This document shows positions 45,550 to 56,694 of a stretch of 64,000 nt of DNA, in pieces. The stretch comes from an uncultured Bacillota bacterium (lineage in GTDB: Bacteria; Bacillota; Clostridia; Christensenellales; UBA1242). Location: positions 8,756 through 72,755 of the forward strand of contig UQVQ01000002.1 in NCBI GenBank assembly GCA_900544595.1. Reading direction: 5' to 3'. Made by a program: the position numbers and the translations under genes. A model generated the notes under the pieces. The model was given only the letters and a program-made list of their open reading frames with translations, did not search any database and was not told where the DNA came from. Position 1 is the stretch's first letter; each line of letters begins with the position of its first letter.

Positions 45550-46953
45550 CTAACCTTTTCTAACTGCGGAAACTTTCCAAGAATCGAAAGATAAGAATGT
45601 AACTTTAAATTCAATTCCGTCAAGGGTTCCAACAAATTCTTTAAACGCTTCGTCCTTAGCATAGGAAACGGTCATTTCGCCGCCAAGCGAAGAAACAATT
45701 TTGAATGTTCTGAAAGTTTGTTCGTTTTCTGTTGCTTCAGTAAACGAAAGGGTGTATTTTGCACCAGTTATAACAAGCGAATTAGCATAGTTCTTTTCGT
45801 CAACTTTTTCAAGTGTTACGGTTGTGTTAACATTGGTTGCTTTTTTAATTGTTACTTTGCCGGTTGTGTGTATGTCGAAAACAACATCTGGACAAGTGTC
45901 TATAACAAAATTACACTTTTCCGCGCTCTTTTCCTTTTCTGTTTCCGTTGCCGCTTCGCCAACTTTCAAGCTGTTAACTTTTTTGAAAGAATAGTCACAT
46001 TTTCTGCTATCTGCCGAAACAACAACCGCCCCATTAACTTCGCCAAACGATTGTGAGCCATAGATATTTTTTAAATTAAGTGTTGTGCAAGTTATGTTTC
46101 CGTATGAACTCGTTGCGTTTTTTGATTCAATTATAACGTTTGCTGCTTGAATTGCTAAGTCACTTTCACGAAGACTAACATTTCCGCCTGTTGACTTAAT
46201 TGTTAAATCTGCTGCAAAAATTGCTGAGTCGAAAAACATTCCGTCGGCAATTTCAAAAGAGCAATTCTCAAATCGAGTTGGTGTTCCAATTTGACCATAA
46301 TCTGAAACTGTAACAGAATTTGCTTTGATTTCTGCACTCTTGAAAGTTATGCAATTCGGATTCATATTTGAGTTTGTTTTTGAATCGCCAATTTGAACAT
46401 CTCCCGTTCCTCCGTTAATTTTAAGAGAAACGTTTGATGCCTCAAAACTGCTTGGAAATTGAACTTGAATCGAACTTGAATTTCCTGTTACCCAGAAACC
46501 TTCTGGAACTTTTGCTACAATTTCCAAAATTCCTGTGTCGGTGTAATATCTAATGCTTTTTGATGATTCAACATCTTTTTCGGTTGAAAACCCGTGAGTT
46601 GAATTTGTTACATCAATTAAGAATGAATTTGGATCTTTAAACGCAGGGTTTGCCTTAACAATTTTAACATTGTGTGCGTTTGAAGTTATGATAATTTTAT
46701 TAATTGTGTAGGATGAGTCTGTAAAAAATGCTTCCTCTTTAAAGGTGTAGACACTTCCGTCTTCCGTTGGAGTTTGCTCATAAACCTCCATTTTGCTGTA
46801 TACTTCGTGGTCATCCGCCTTAAAATATTTAAGACCAAATATGCTTGTTCCTGGACTTAAAACCATGATAACAACGCAAATTAAAAAAGCTGCAACTAAA
46901 ACTGCAAATAAAATTCCAAAATAGAACATAAAACCTTTATTCAACTTTTTCAT
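45550..46953 (-). CDS. N-terminally anchored extracellular protein, beta-rich (DUF4097-like adhesin guess)
   Basis: 467 aa with one N-terminal TM helix. The body is rich in short beta-strand-like repeats (ITFKSAEIKANSVTVSD, LTIKSTGGNVSL). Confidence 0.7.
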   Translation of the reverse strand: MKKLNKGFMFYFGILFAVLVAAFLICVVIMVLSPGTSIFGLKYFKADDHEVYSKMEVYEQTPTEDGSVYTFKEEAFFTDSSYTINKIIITSNAHNVKIVKANPAFKDPNSFLIDVTNSTHGFSTEKDVESSKSIRYYTDTGILEIVAKVPEGFWVTGNSSSIQVQFPSSFEASNVSLKINGGTGDVQIGDSKTNSNMNPNCITFKSAEIKANSVTVSDYGQIGTPTRFENCSFEIADGMFFDSAIFAADLTIKSTGGNVSLRESDLAIQAANVIIESKNATSSYGNITCTTLNLKNIYGSQSFGEVNGAVVVSADSRKCDYSFKKVNSLKVGEAATETEKEKSAEKCNFVIDTCPDVVFDIHTTGKVTIKKATNVNTTVTLEKVDEKNYANSLVITGAKYTLSFTEATENEQTFRTFKIVSSLGGEMTVSYAKDEAFKEFVGTLDGIEFKVTFLSFDSWKVSAVRKG

Positions 46954-47077
46954 ATCTTTCTCCTTAAACTTATTTTATCATAGTTTGCCATAATAATCAA
47001 GTTAAAATTTAACAAAAAAAGTCTTGATTTATCGTTGAATTTAGTTTAAACTATAAATAATAATGGAGGGCGAAAAG

Positions 47078-48055
47078 ATGGACGAAGAATGGGAAAGCCC
47101 ATATGCGAGAAGGGGTTCGAATTACATTAGCGAAGCAAACGAAATTATGCTTGAAACAAGAAAGGCACACGAGAACGAAATTCTTGATGCATTAAATATT
47201 CTTTCCGCTCGCTATGCTGCTCTTTTGGAAGACTATTTCACAACTGCTTATGGCAAAAAGAAACAACTAACAAAAGAAATTAACAACCTTAAACTCGAGC
47301 AAGAAAAGAATAAAAACTATGGAATTAGAAAAACTTTGGAAGTTAAGGCGTTCACCGAATATGTTAGATGGCTTGAAGTTGACTCAAACACCATGCGCGT
47401 TGCTGAAATTATTGAAAGCAGAATCGACGATTTATATCGCGAAGAAGATTCAATTGAAAGAATGAAAAACCAAGGCGCAGTTAATGATCTTGCAAAAAAT
47501 CTTGCAATTCCTGCAAATGGGAAATTCTATGTTGTTAAACTCGACAGATTAACCGAATGCCAGCTTAATCGAGCAATATGGGCAGAAAAAAACAAACATT
47601 ATATTAAAAATATGTCGAGAGAAAAGGCTCTCCGTTTTCTTTCTTCCGCAACAAAACGTGCAAACGAAACAGGTGTTAAACTTATTGAAACCAAAAAGCT
47701 TATTGAAGAAAAGATTGAAGAAAGAACAAAACTCGACGCAATGGCAAAAACTGAGCAAGGAATTCTTGAAAGAAACAAGTTTATTGAAACAAAAATCAAT
47801 CCTTTTGAAAAAGAACTTGAAAGCATATTTGTTCCAAGGATTAGAACGTTCTTAACAAACGCTCCCGATTCCCCTTTCAAAAGCAAACTTAGACGTATTT
47901 TAAGCGAAGGGCAAAAAGAAATTCAAGCAAAAACACCAAAACAAAAAATTGAATTTGTTTCACCAAAAACAATTGAATTTGCTCTTGGAAAAATTTGTTC
48001 AAACGATTTAATACTTCAAAACTACTCGAACCAAAACGCAAGCCAAGATTTATAA
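47078..48055 (+). CDS. hypothetical helical/coiled-coil protein
   Basis: The ORF-track start at 47063 contains the GGAGGG SD for the ATG at 47078 (MDEEWESPY...). I recognise no motif. Confidence 0.7.
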   Translation: MDEEWESPYARRGSNYISEANEIMLETRKAHENEILDALNILSARYAALLEDYFTTAYGKKKQLTKEINNLKLEQEKNKNYGIRKTLEVKAFTEYVRWLEVDSNTMRVAEIIESRIDDLYREEDSIERMKNQGAVNDLAKNLAIPANGKFYVVKLDRLTECQLNRAIWAEKNKHYIKNMSREKALRFLSSATKRANETGVKLIETKKLIEEKIEERTKLDAMAKTEQGILERNKFIETKINPFEKELESIFVPRIRTFLTNAPDSPFKSKLRRILSEGQKEIQAKTPKQKIEFVSPKTIEFALGKICSNDLILQNYSNQNASQDL

Positions 48056-48062
48056 AATTAAC

Positions 48063-48093
48063 AAAAAAAACAAGAAATTATCTTGTTTTTTTT
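48063..48093. terminator. bidirectional terminator
   Basis: ACAAGA-aatta-TCTTGT flanked by an A-run and a T-run. Confidence 0.8.
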
Positions 48094-48110
48094 ATTTTTT
48101 TATTTAATTT

Positions 48111-48701
48111 TTAAAGATTTTCCTCAATTATTTTTAAAATTTCGTCGCGTCCAGTTTTGTTTTCACTGCTCGAAACAATAACATTTCCCGAGGCAATTTT
48201 AAGAGTTTTTGCGATAAGCGAAACACACGAAAACTGTTTGCTTTTTGGAATTTTATCGGCTTTTGTTGCAACAACCGTGAACGGAATTTGATTGTAATAT
48301 AAAAACTCAACCATTGTTTTATCAAGCTCATTTGGCTCGTGACGAATATCAACCAAAACAAACACCCTCTTCAAATTTTTACTTCCAAGAAGGTATGCCT
48401 CAATCAAACTCGACCAAAGCCCATGCGCCTTCTTGCCAGCTTTTGAGAAGCCATAGCCCGGTAAATCCACCAAAACAAACTTGTTTTCCTGATTTTGATT
48501 AAACCAAAAATAGTTAACAAGTTTTGTTAGCCCCGGCGTTGAAGAAGTTTTTGCAAGACCTTTTTTATTTGCCAAAAAATTGATAAGCGAACTTTTCCCA
48601 CAGTTACTTCTTCCAACAAAAGCAAATTCCGCTGCGTTCAAGTTTTGAAGCTTATCCTCGCTTGCAACACTAATTAAAAAACTGGATTCTTTAATTATCA
48701 T
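48111..48701 (-). CDS. engB: ribosome biogenesis GTPase EngB/YsxC
   Basis: G1 GRSNCGKSSLIN, G3 DLPGYG, G4 TKADK. Confidence 0.9.
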   Translation of the reverse strand: MIIKESSFLISVASEDKLQNLNAAEFAFVGRSNCGKSSLINFLANKKGLAKTSSTPGLTKLVNYFWFNQNQENKFVLVDLPGYGFSKAGKKAHGLWSSLIEAYLLGSKNLKRVFVLVDIRHEPNELDKTMVEFLYYNQIPFTVVATKADKIPKSKQFSCVSLIAKTLKIASGNVIVSSSENKTGRDEILKIIEENL

Positions 48702-48790
48702 ATTTATATTATATCAAAAAAACATTATTTCCCCAACATATTGCCAAAACTTTTTCAATATGATATTATATAATTGTTTAAGGAGAAAAA

Positions 48791-49102
48791 ATGTTAAAGA
48801 AAATTTTAAACTGGGTTGTTTCCGTTGCAGGTTTTTTGCTTTTGATTGCTCTTCTTTTAATTTCTCTTAACAACAACCTGCATTTTATGGACGAATTCCT
48901 TGCAAAAATTCCGGGGCTTGTTACCTACATTCAAAACTATGGCGCGCTAACAATTGTTGCCGCTCTTGTTGTTGTTAATCTTGTTGGGAAAAGCATTGTT
49001 AAAATTATTATGCTTGTTTTGTTCTTAATTCTTGTTGCTTTCTACATTTTTTCAAGCGTGTTTCCTGCCGAATTTGTTAAGCTATTTGGAATTGGCGGAT
49101 AA
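48791..49102 (+). CDS. small three-TM membrane protein
   Basis: 103 aa, hydrophobic throughout, with an AAGGAG SD. Confidence 0.65.
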   Translation: MLKKILNWVVSVAGFLLLIALLLISLNNNLHFMDEFLAKIPGLVTYIQNYGALTIVAALVVVNLVGKSIVKIIMLVLFLILVAFYIFSSVFPAEFVKLFGIGG

Positions 49103-49158
49103 AAAAATTGAGATTTCTCTCAATCTTAGTTTTAAAAATAAAATAAAAAAGACTGAAA

Positions 49159-49356
49159 TTATTCAGCCTTTTTTTCTTTCTTATCTTCAATAACTTTTTT
49201 GCCATTGTATGTTCCACATTTTTTGCAAACTTTGTGTGGAGCTTTAAGTTCGTGGCAAGTTGGACATTCAACTAATGTTGGAGCTGCAACTTTAAAGTTT
49301 GCTGAATTTCTTGAATTCCTTCTAGCTTTTGAAACCTTACCCTTTGGAACTGCCAT
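49159..49356 (-). CDS. rpmF: 50S ribosomal protein L32
   Basis: MAVPKGKVSKARRNSR and a CPTC...CKKC zinc ribbon, with an AGGAGG SD. Confidence 0.95.
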   Translation of the reverse strand: MAVPKGKVSKARRNSRNSANFKVAAPTLVECPTCHELKAPHKVCKKCGTYNGKKVIEDKKEKKAE

Positions 49357-49399
49357 ATTTCTTTCCTCCTGTTTTTCTTTTTGATAAACTTACTGGGCT

Positions 49400-49427
49400 A
49401 TTATATCATAAAACGCCCTTTTGTCAA
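49400..49427 (-). promoter_or_regulatory. promoter of rpmF
   Basis: Minus strand: TTGACA, a 16-nt spacer, then TGaTATAAT. Confidence 0.65.
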
Positions 49428-49442
49428 CTTATTTTTAGTTTT

Positions 49443-50639
49443 TTATTTTATTAAATTGATTGTATCGCGCGCGATAACAAGTTCTTCATCGGTTGGAATT
49501 CTGTAAACTTTAACCTTGGAAGATGGCTTTGAAATCTCTTCATTTGTTCCTCTTGGAAGCGAATTATTTTTTTCAACATCAAATTCAACTCCAAGATATT
49601 CCATCCCCTCCATTGAAAGCTCTCTTAAATCTTCTTGGTTTTCGCCAATTCCACCTGTGAAAACAATTGCATCAACGCCGTTTAAAAGCGCAGCATATGC
49701 TCCAATATATTTTTTAATTCTGTGTGCCATCATTGGAATAACAAGCTTCGCGCGTTCGTTTCCTTCCTTAATTGCTTCGTTAATGTCAAGCATATCGCTT
49801 GAAACACCAGAAATTCCAAGAATTCCACACTTTTTATTAAAATATGTTGCAATTTCGTCGCCTTTCAAGTTAAGTTTTTCGGAAATATACGAAACAACTG
49901 ATGCATCAACATCTCCGCTTCGAGTTCCCATAATCAATCCCTCAAGAGGGGTGAACCCCATTGAAGTGTCAATACTATGCCCATCTTTAACAGCAGCAAC
50001 ACTCGAACCATTTCCAAGATGAACTGTTATGATTTTGCAATCTTTCAAAGGCTTATTTAAGAGTTTTGCGGCTTCATTTGAAACAAATTTATGGCTTGTT
50101 CCATGGAAGCCATATCTTCTAATTTTCCAATCGGTGTATGCTTCATATGGAACCGCATAAAGAAATGCTTCTTTTGGCATTTGTGCATGGAACGCTGTGT
50201 CGAAAACCGCAACTTGAGGCGCCGAAGGAAGAACTTTTTGGCAAGCCAAAATTCCCGAGATGTTTGCAGGCATATGCAAAGGACCAAGTGGTTTAAGAAG
50301 TTCCAAATTTTTCATAACTTCTGGTGTAACAAGAACGCTGTCTTTATAAATTTCGCCTCCGTGAAGAACTCTGTGTCCAACAGCAGAAATTTCGTTAAGA
50401 CTTTTAATAACGCCATATTCTTTGCTTGTTAAAAGGTCGAGAACGAAAGCAATTGCTTGGTCGTGGTTATCAAGTTGTTTTTCAATTTTAACCGATTGTC
50501 CGTTAAATTTGTGGTTAATATATGTTCCTGGAATTCCAATTTTTTGGCAATTCCCTTTTGCCATAACGCATTCATTGTCCATATCGAAAAGTTGATATTT
50601 AACAGAACTGCTTCCGGCATTGATAACTAAAACTTTCAT
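49443..50639 (-). CDS. ackA: acetate kinase
   Basis: MKVLVINAGSSSVKYQLF, GHRVLHGG, and RRYGFHGTSH. Confidence 0.95.
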   Translation of the reverse strand: MKVLVINAGSSSVKYQLFDMDNECVMAKGNCQKIGIPGTYINHKFNGQSVKIEKQLDNHDQAIAFVLDLLTSKEYGVIKSLNEISAVGHRVLHGGEIYKDSVLVTPEVMKNLELLKPLGPLHMPANISGILACQKVLPSAPQVAVFDTAFHAQMPKEAFLYAVPYEAYTDWKIRRYGFHGTSHKFVSNEAAKLLNKPLKDCKIITVHLGNGSSVAAVKDGHSIDTSMGFTPLEGLIMGTRSGDVDASVVSYISEKLNLKGDEIATYFNKKCGILGISGVSSDMLDINEAIKEGNERAKLVIPMMAHRIKKYIGAYAALLNGVDAIVFTGGIGENQEDLRELSMEGMEYLGVEFDVEKNNSLPRGTNEEISKPSSKVKVYRIPTDEELVIARDTINLIK

Positions 50640-50786
50640 AAAATCTCCTTAATTTTTTCTATGGTTCTAGCATACAACTTTAACAAATCACAGTCAAGTA
50701 AACTTGAAAAAAAGTGGGAAAATTTTGCATTTTTATTTTGAAAAAAAATTTTTTGGTTTATAATATTTCCTATAAGGAGAGATAAT

Positions 50787-51569
50787 ATGAAAATCGCAAT
50801 TGTAACCGGAGCATCATCTGGAATTGGAAAACAATTCACTCTTCAAATTGACGGATATGGCTTCGATGAAATTTGGGGAATCGCTCTCGACGAGCAAGGG
50901 CTTTTGGAAACACAAAAAGAACTTAAAACAAAATTTGTTCCATTTCCAATGGACTTAACAAAAAATGAAAGTTTTGAAGCACTTGTTGAAAAACTTAAAA
51001 ACGAAAAACCAGAAGTTGAGCTTTTAATTAACTGCAGCGGATTTGGAAAATTTGGAAGATATGACGAAATCCCTCTTGAACAATCCTGCAATATGATTGA
51101 CCTTAACTGCAAAGGGACTGTTAAAATGACAGAACTTGTTCTGCCATACATTCCTCGCGGCGGAAGAATTATTGAGATTTCTTCAATTTCATCTTTTGCC
51201 CCAATTCCCTACGTTAATGTTTATGCAGCAACAAAAGCATTCTTAAAAAGTTATTCCGTATCTCTTGGAGAAGAACTTAAACCAAGAGGAATAAGCGTAA
51301 CTTGCGTTTGCCCATATTGGACAAAAACTCAATTTTTTAAACGCGCAAAAGCAACCGAAAATGATGTTATAACCTACTATCAAGTTATGTATGATCCAAA
51401 GAAAGTTGTTTCCTATGCTCTTAAATGTGCAAAGAAACGCAAAAGATTTTCGCTCTATGGAACAACAACAAAATTTATGGCTTTTTTAACAAGAATTTTG
51501 CCAACAGGAATGTTCCTTGCAATTTGGAACAAACAGCAAAACTTTAAGAAAAAATATTGGAAAAAATAA
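50787..51569 (+). CDS. short-chain dehydrogenase/reductase (SDR)
   Basis: TGASSGIG cofactor motif and a YAATKAF catalytic YxxxK. Confidence 0.85.
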   Translation: MKIAIVTGASSGIGKQFTLQIDGYGFDEIWGIALDEQGLLETQKELKTKFVPFPMDLTKNESFEALVEKLKNEKPEVELLINCSGFGKFGRYDEIPLEQSCNMIDLNCKGTVKMTELVLPYIPRGGRIIEISSISSFAPIPYVNVYAATKAFLKSYSVSLGEELKPRGISVTCVCPYWTKTQFFKRAKATENDVITYYQVMYDPKKVVSYALKCAKKRKRFSLYGTTTKFMAFLTRILPTGMFLAIWNKQQNFKKKYWKK

Positions 51570-51724
51570 TAAAATTTCAATAAAAAACATAAAAACAAGC
51601 GTTTTTGCTTGTTTTTTTATTATTTTTAATAATTTTTCTTTAATTTTTTGAAAATTTTATTTATTTTAAAAATTAAATTTAAAAATAAACAAAAAAAGAT
51701 TATTTAAATAGAAAAAATAAAAAT

Positions 51725-51759
51725 AAAAAAACCAGTTTGTTCGGTTAACTGGTTTTTTT
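51725..51759. terminator. bidirectional terminator downstream of tuf
   Basis: ACCAGTT-(9 nt)-AACTGGT flanked by A7 and T7. Confidence 0.8.
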
Positions 51760-51821
51760 GAAGCATTTTTTAATTGTTCGGTTATTAAAAATTGCTGTAA
51801 GTTTAAATTGATTTTCAAAAA

Positions 51822-53024
51822 CTATTTAATAATTTTTGAAACAACGCCTGAACCAACAGTTCTTCCGCCTTCACGAATAGCAAAACGAAGTCCTTGTTCG
51901 ATTGCGATTGGTGTGATAAGGCTGATTGTCATGCTAACGTTATCGCCTGGCATAACCATTTCAACGCCTTGTGGAAGTTCAATTGTTCCTGTAACGTCTG
52001 TTGTTCTGAAATAGAATTGTGGTCTATATCCATTGAAGAATGGAGTGTGGCGGCCGCCTTCTTCTTTCTTAAGAACATAAACTTCTGCTGTGAAGTCTGT
52101 GTGTGGGTGGATTGTTCCTGGTTTGCAGAGAACTTGTCCTCTTTCGATTTCTTGACGTGTGATTCCACGAAGAAGAACACCGATGTTATCTCCAGCTTGA
52201 GCTTCATCAAGAAGTTTTCTGAACATTTCAACGCCTGTTACAACTGTTTGTTTTTGAGCGCCAAGTCCAACGATTTCAACTGTGTCGCCAACTTTAACAA
52301 CACCTCTTTCAACTCTACCTGTTGCAACTGTTCCACGTCCTGTGATTGTGAAAACGTCTTCAACTGGCATTAAGAAAGGTTTGTCTGTGTCACGAACTGG
52401 GTCTGGAATGTATTCGTCGATTGTGTCAAGAAGTTCTTGAATTGGTTTCAACCATTCGCTGTTAATATCGTTTGCATCGCAAGCTTCGTTAGCTTTTAAT
52501 GCTGAACCCTTGATGATTGGAGTTGTGTCGCCTGGGAATCCATATGCGCTAAGCAAATCACGAATTTCCATTTCAACTAACTCTAAGAGTTCTGGATCGT
52601 CAACTTGGTCAACTTTGTTCATGAAAACAACAATGTATGGAACCCCAACTTGACGTGCGAGCAAGATGTGCTCTCTTGTTTGAGGCATTGGGCCATCAGC
52701 TGCTGAAACAACCAAGATTGCTCCGTCCATTTGCGCAGCACCTGTGATCATGTTTTTAACATAGTCAGCGTGTCCTGGGCAGTCAACGTGTGCATAGTGG
52801 CGTTTCTTTGTTTTGTATTCAACGTGTGCAGTATTGATGGTGATTCCTCTTGCTTTTTCTTCTGGTGCTTTATCAATTTCATCATATTTCATAGCATCAG
52901 CAAGACCAAGCATGCTGCAGTAACGGCAGATTGCAGCCGTTAATGTTGTCTTACCATGGTCAACGTGGCCAATTGTTCCAATGTTAACGTGTGGTAAGGA
53001 TCTGTCAAATTTTTCCTTTGCCAT
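51822..53024 (-). CDS. tuf: elongation factor Tu
   Basis: [18 protein letters not shown], and NKVD. Confidence 0.98.
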   Translation of the reverse strand: MAKEKFDRSLPHVNIGTIGHVDHGKTTLTAAICRYCSMLGLADAMKYDEIDKAPEEKARGITINTAHVEYKTKKRHYAHVDCPGHADYVKNMITGAAQMDGAILVVSAADGPMPQTREHILLARQVGVPYIVVFMNKVDQVDDPELLELVEMEIRDLLSAYGFPGDTTPIIKGSALKANEACDANDINSEWLKPIQELLDTIDEYIPDPVRDTDKPFLMPVEDVFTITGRGTVATGRVERGVVKVGDTVEIVGLGAQKQTVVTGVEMFRKLLDEAQAGDNIGVLLRGITRQEIERGQVLCKPGTIHPHTDFTAEVYVLKKEEGGRHTPFFNGYRPQFYFRTTDVTGTIELPQGVEMVMPGDNVSMTISLITPIAIEQGLRFAIREGGRTVGSGVVSKIIK

Positions 53025-53110
53025 TTTTAATTCTCCTTATAAAAATTTTGTATTTTGTTAATACATTTGTATGCTACCACATTTTTCGGGTTTATGCAAA
53101 TGTTTTTAAC

Positions 53111-55183
53111 CTATTTTTTTGCTCTCTCACCAACAATTTTTTCGGTGATTGACTTTGGAACTTCTTGGTATTTAAGAGGTTCCATAACGAATGTTCCACG
53201 GCCTTGTGTTTGAGAACGCAAGTCGGTTGCATAACCAAACATTTCTGCAAGAGGAACTTCTGCGTTAATTCTTTGAACGCCAGGAATACTGTCGTTTCCT
53301 AAAAGAATTCCGCGGCGGCTTGTTAAGTTGCCCATAACTGTTCCAAGATATTCGTCTGGAACTTCAACTGTAACTTTCATGATTGGTTCCAAAAGAACAG
53401 GGTTTGCTTTTGCAGCGCCATCTTTAAATGCCATAGAGCCGGCAATTTTGAAGGCCATTTCGGAAGAGTCAACTTCGTGGAATGATCCGTCGTAAACTGT
53501 AACTCTAAAGTCAACTGTTTCATATCCTGCCAAAACACCGCATTGTTTTGCTTCTTTAATACCGTTGTTAATTGGTTGGATATATTCTTTTGGAATTGAA
53601 CCGCCAACAGTTTTGTCGACGAATTCATATCCTGCGCCTCTTTCCAAAGGCTCCATTTCAATCAAGCAGTGACCATATTGACCTTTACCACCAGATTGAC
53701 GGATATATTTACCTTCTGCTTTAACAGGGCGTGTTATTGTTTCACGATAGGAAACTTGTGGTTGACCAACGTTTGCTTCAACTTTAAATTCGCGAAGAAG
53801 ACGGTCAACAATAATTTCAAGGTGTAACTCTCCCATTCCAGCAATAAGAGTTTGACCTGTTTCAACATTTGTTGAAACGCGGAATGAAGGATCTTCTCTT
53901 GAAAGTTTTGCAAGGGCAAGAGCCATTTTTTCTTGCATATCTTTTGTTTTTGGTTCAATTGCAAGTTGAATAACAGGTTCTGGGAAAACCATGCTTTCAA
54001 GTTGAATTGGGTGTTTTTCGTCGCAAAGTGTGTGTCCTGTGATTGTGTCTTTAAGACCAACAATTGCGGCAATGTCGCCTGCGCCAACTTCTTGAATTTC
54101 TGTTCTGTTGTTAGCATGCATTCTAATTAAACGACCAACTCTTTCAGTTTTTCCTGTGATTGAGTTGTAAACATATGAACCAGCTTTCAAAACACCGCTG
54201 TAAACACGGAAGAATGTTAAACCTCCAACAAATGGGTCGGTTGCAATTTTGAATGCAAGCCCTGCAAATGGAGCGTTAACGTCTGCTGGTCTTTCCTCTT
54301 CTTCGCCTGTGTCTGGATTGATTCCTTTAATAGCATCAATATCAAGAGGCGATGGAAGATATTCAACCATAGCGTCCAAAAGGTTTTGAACACCTTTGTT
54401 TTTGTATGATGAACCGCAAAGCATTGGGGTTACTTTCTTTGAAATTGTTGCAGCACGAATTGCTTTGTTAAGTTCGTCAAGCGAAATTTCTTGTCCTTCG
54501 AAATATTTTTCCAAAAGCGCATCATCTGTTTCAACAATTGCTTCAACCAAAGCATCGTGTCTTTTTTGTGCTTCTGCTTTATATTCCTCTGGAATTTCAA
54601 CTTCGTCGATAATTTTTCCCAAATCGTCTTCTGGAATGTATGCTTTCATTTTCAAAAGGTCGATAATACCCTTGAAAGATTCCGCCATTCCAATTGGCAT
54701 TTGAAGAGGAAGAGGGGTTGTGTGAAGTCTGTCGCGAACAGAGTCAACACACTTGTCGAAATATGCATCGTCTCTGTCCATTTTATTAACATAAATGATA
54801 ACAGGAACTTTACATTCATTTGCTTGGCGCCAAACAGTTTCTGTTTGAGGTTGAACTTTATCTCTTGCGCTCAAAACCAAAACTGCACCATCAAGAACTT
54901 TAAGCGAACGCAAAACTTCAATTGTGAAGTCAACGTGTCCTGGCGTGTCGATGATGTTGATTTTATGTCCGTTCCATTGACAAGTTGTGCAAGCAGATGT
55001 GATTGTGATTCCTCTTTCTTGTTCCTGAGCCATCCAATCCATTGTTGCTTGACCATCATGCACTTCACCAATTTTGTGGCTTTTACCAGTGTAGAACAAA
55101 ATTCTTTCAGTGGTTGTTGTTTTACCAGCATCGATGTGCGCCATGATACCAACGTTTCTTGTCATGTGTAAGTCATCAGCCAT
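53111..55183 (-). CDS. fusA: elongation factor G
   Basis: [23 protein letters not shown], and NKMDR. Confidence 0.98.
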   Translation of the reverse strand: MADDLHMTRNVGIMAHIDAGKTTTTERILFYTGKSHKIGEVHDGQATMDWMAQEQERGITITSACTTCQWNGHKINIIDTPGHVDFTIEVLRSLKVLDGAVLVLSARDKVQPQTETVWRQANECKVPVIIYVNKMDRDDAYFDKCVDSVRDRLHTTPLPLQMPIGMAESFKGIIDLLKMKAYIPEDDLGKIIDEVEIPEEYKAEAQKRHDALVEAIVETDDALLEKYFEGQEISLDELNKAIRAATISKKVTPMLCGSSYKNKGVQNLLDAMVEYLPSPLDIDAIKGINPDTGEEEERPADVNAPFAGLAFKIATDPFVGGLTFFRVYSGVLKAGSYVYNSITGKTERVGRLIRMHANNRTEIQEVGAGDIAAIVGLKDTITGHTLCDEKHPIQLESMVFPEPVIQLAIEPKTKDMQEKMALALAKLSREDPSFRVSTNVETGQTLIAGMGELHLEIIVDRLLREFKVEANVGQPQVSYRETITRPVKAEGKYIRQSGGKGQYGHCLIEMEPLERGAGYEFVDKTVGGSIPKEYIQPINNGIKEAKQCGVLAGYETVDFRVTVYDGSFHEVDSSEMAFKIAGSMAFKDGAAKANPVLLEPIMKVTVEVPDEYLGTVMGNLTSRRGILLGNDSIPGVQRINAEVPLAEMFGYATDLRSQTQGRGTFVMEPLKYQEVPKSITEKIVGERAKK

Positions 55184-55319
55184 ATTTTTCTCCTTTATTT
55201 TATTTTTGAATTATTCCCACTTATCGCAAGAATAACTTGATTTTTTTCGACTTTTTGCCATACTTTAGCAAATCAAATTTTTTCTTTTACTTTTGTTCCA
55301 TTAAGGAACTTTAAATTTT

Positions 55320-55413
55320 TAAAACTTTAATAAATTGCGTTTAGGCAAGGAACATCGAATTTTTATGATGGGAGCGTATATTGAAATACGTGACCAAATA
55401 AAAATTTGCTATG
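55320..55413. repeat. 94-bp direct repeat, copy A (rpsG-fusA spacer)
   Basis: Identical to 55478-55571 at 91 of 94 positions by manual alignment. It contains a nested hairpin (11-bp outer stem 55356-66/55398-408, inner CGTAT/ATACG). Confidence 0.9.
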
Positions 55414-55477
55414 CGGCACTGCACCTTTCTCGCTTACCTTTTCATTATCTTTTGTTTTAACTCTTCCTTAGAAAATC

Positions 55478-55571
55478 TAAAACTTTAATAAATTGCGTTT
55501 AGGCAAGGAACATCAAATTTTTATGAGGGGAACGTATATTGAAATACGTGACCAAATAAAAATTTGCTATG
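55478..55571. repeat. 94-bp direct repeat, copy B
   Basis: See copy A. The repeat period is 158 bp. Confidence 0.9.
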
Positions 55572-55601
55572 TGACGCAGCATAAACCAATTTAGTAAAGT
55601 T

Positions 55602-56075
55602 TTACCAGCGGTAGTGAGCAAATGCTTTATTTGCTTCTGCCATTCTGTGCATTTCTTCCTTGCGTTTTACTGCTGCTCCTGTGTTGTTGTATGCATCAAT
55701 AAGTTCGCCAGCAAGTCTTTCTTCCATTGTTCTTTCGCCATTACGCTTTCTTGCAAACATAACAATCCAACGAATTGCAAGTGTTTGACGGCGTTCTGGA
55801 CGGATTTCCATTGGAACTTGGTATGTTGCCCCGCCAACTCTTCTTCCTTTTGTTTCAAGAAGAGGTTTTGTGTTTTCCAAAGCTTGATTGAAAGCATCAA
55901 GTGGTTCAAGGCCTAATTTTTCTTTAACGATGTCAAATGCGCCATAAACGATTGACTGCGCTAAGCCCTTCTTGCCGTCTAACATAACTTGATTGATAAG
56001 TTTTGTAACAAGTTTGCTGTTATACATTGGGTCTGGAAGAACATCTCTTTTGACAGCACTATTTCTTCTTGGCAT
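55602..56075 (-). CDS. rpsG: 30S ribosomal protein S7
   Basis: MPRR...[14 protein letters not shown]...AHYRW. Confidence 0.98.
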   Translation of the reverse strand: MPRRNSAVKRDVLPDPMYNSKLVTKLINQVMLDGKKGLAQSIVYGAFDIVKEKLGLEPLDAFNQALENTKPLLETKGRRVGGATYQVPMEIRPERRQTLAIRWIVMFARKRNGERTMEERLAGELIDAYNNTGAAVKRKEEMHRMAEANKAFAHYRW

Positions 56076-56106
56076 ATTATTCTCCTTTTATAGTTTAGTT
56101 TTTAAA

Positions 56107-56478
56107 TTATTTTGGGCGTTTAGCGCCATACTTTGAACGGCTTTGATTGCGTTTTGCAACTCCAGCAGCATCAAGTGTTCCGCGAACAATGTGGTATCTA
56201 ACACCAGGAAGGTCTTTAACTCTTCCGCCTCTAACAAGAACAACGCTGTGCTCTTGAAGGTTGTGTCCAATTCCAGGAATGTAAACGGTTGCTTCACTCT
56301 TGTTTGAAAGACGAACACGGGCAATCTTACGAAGAGCGGAGTTAGGTTTTTTAGGGCTTGTTGTTTTAACAGAAAGGCAAACACCGCGTTTTTGAGGACA
56401 TTCATCCAAAAGAGGCGATTTACTTTTCTCGTCGAAACTCTTTCTTCCCTTTCTAACCAATTGGTTGATTGTTGGCAT
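56107..56478 (-). CDS. rpsL: 30S ribosomal protein S12
   Basis: [12 protein letters not shown]...[10 protein letters not shown]...[14 protein letters not shown]. Confidence 0.98.
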   Translation of the reverse strand: MPTINQLVRKGRKSFDEKSKSPLLDECPQKRGVCLSVKTTSPKKPNSALRKIARVRLSNKSEATVYIPGIGHNLQEHSVVLVRGGRVKDLPGVRYHIVRGTLDAAGVAKRNQSRSKYGAKRPK

Positions 56479-56523
56479 AACATTCTCCTTTTAAGGAATT
56501 TCTTCCAATTTGCTTTTGGCAAT

Positions 56524-56555
56524 TAAAAAAACGAACCTGCTTTAAAGCAAGTTCG
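56524..56555 (-). terminator. strong intrinsic terminator inside the rpsL 5' leader (attenuator candidate)
   Basis: Minus strand: CGAACTTGCT-ttaa-AGCAGGTTCG (10-bp stem) followed by T7. It ends about 45 nt before the rpsL ATG. Confidence 0.75.
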
Positions 56556-56694
56556 AAATGCGTCAAGAAAAAACTTTTTTTAGAGTTTCAGGTGCATATT
56601 CAGTCTAACGACTTGACCTTGAAATTCCAAAGTCTTTCGACTCCCCGCGAATAATTTTCGCAGTTCAACTTGCTTTTGCCAAATTGCTATCGCA

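Noticed and set aside
49077-49384. ORFs 49077-49271(-) and 49199-49384(+) around rpmF
   Set aside because: They overlap the unmistakable L32 gene in other frames or on the other strand and have no signals of their own.
55320-55571. CRISPR array or integron attC sites in the rpsG-fusA spacer
   Set aside because: There are only two repeats, each 94 bp, with no cas genes. GTTTAGG does not fit the GTTRRRY attC core, and no complementary RYYYAAC end is present.
56088-56522. 144-aa ORF overlapping rpsL
   Set aside because: It is an out-of-frame shadow of the highly conserved S12 gene.
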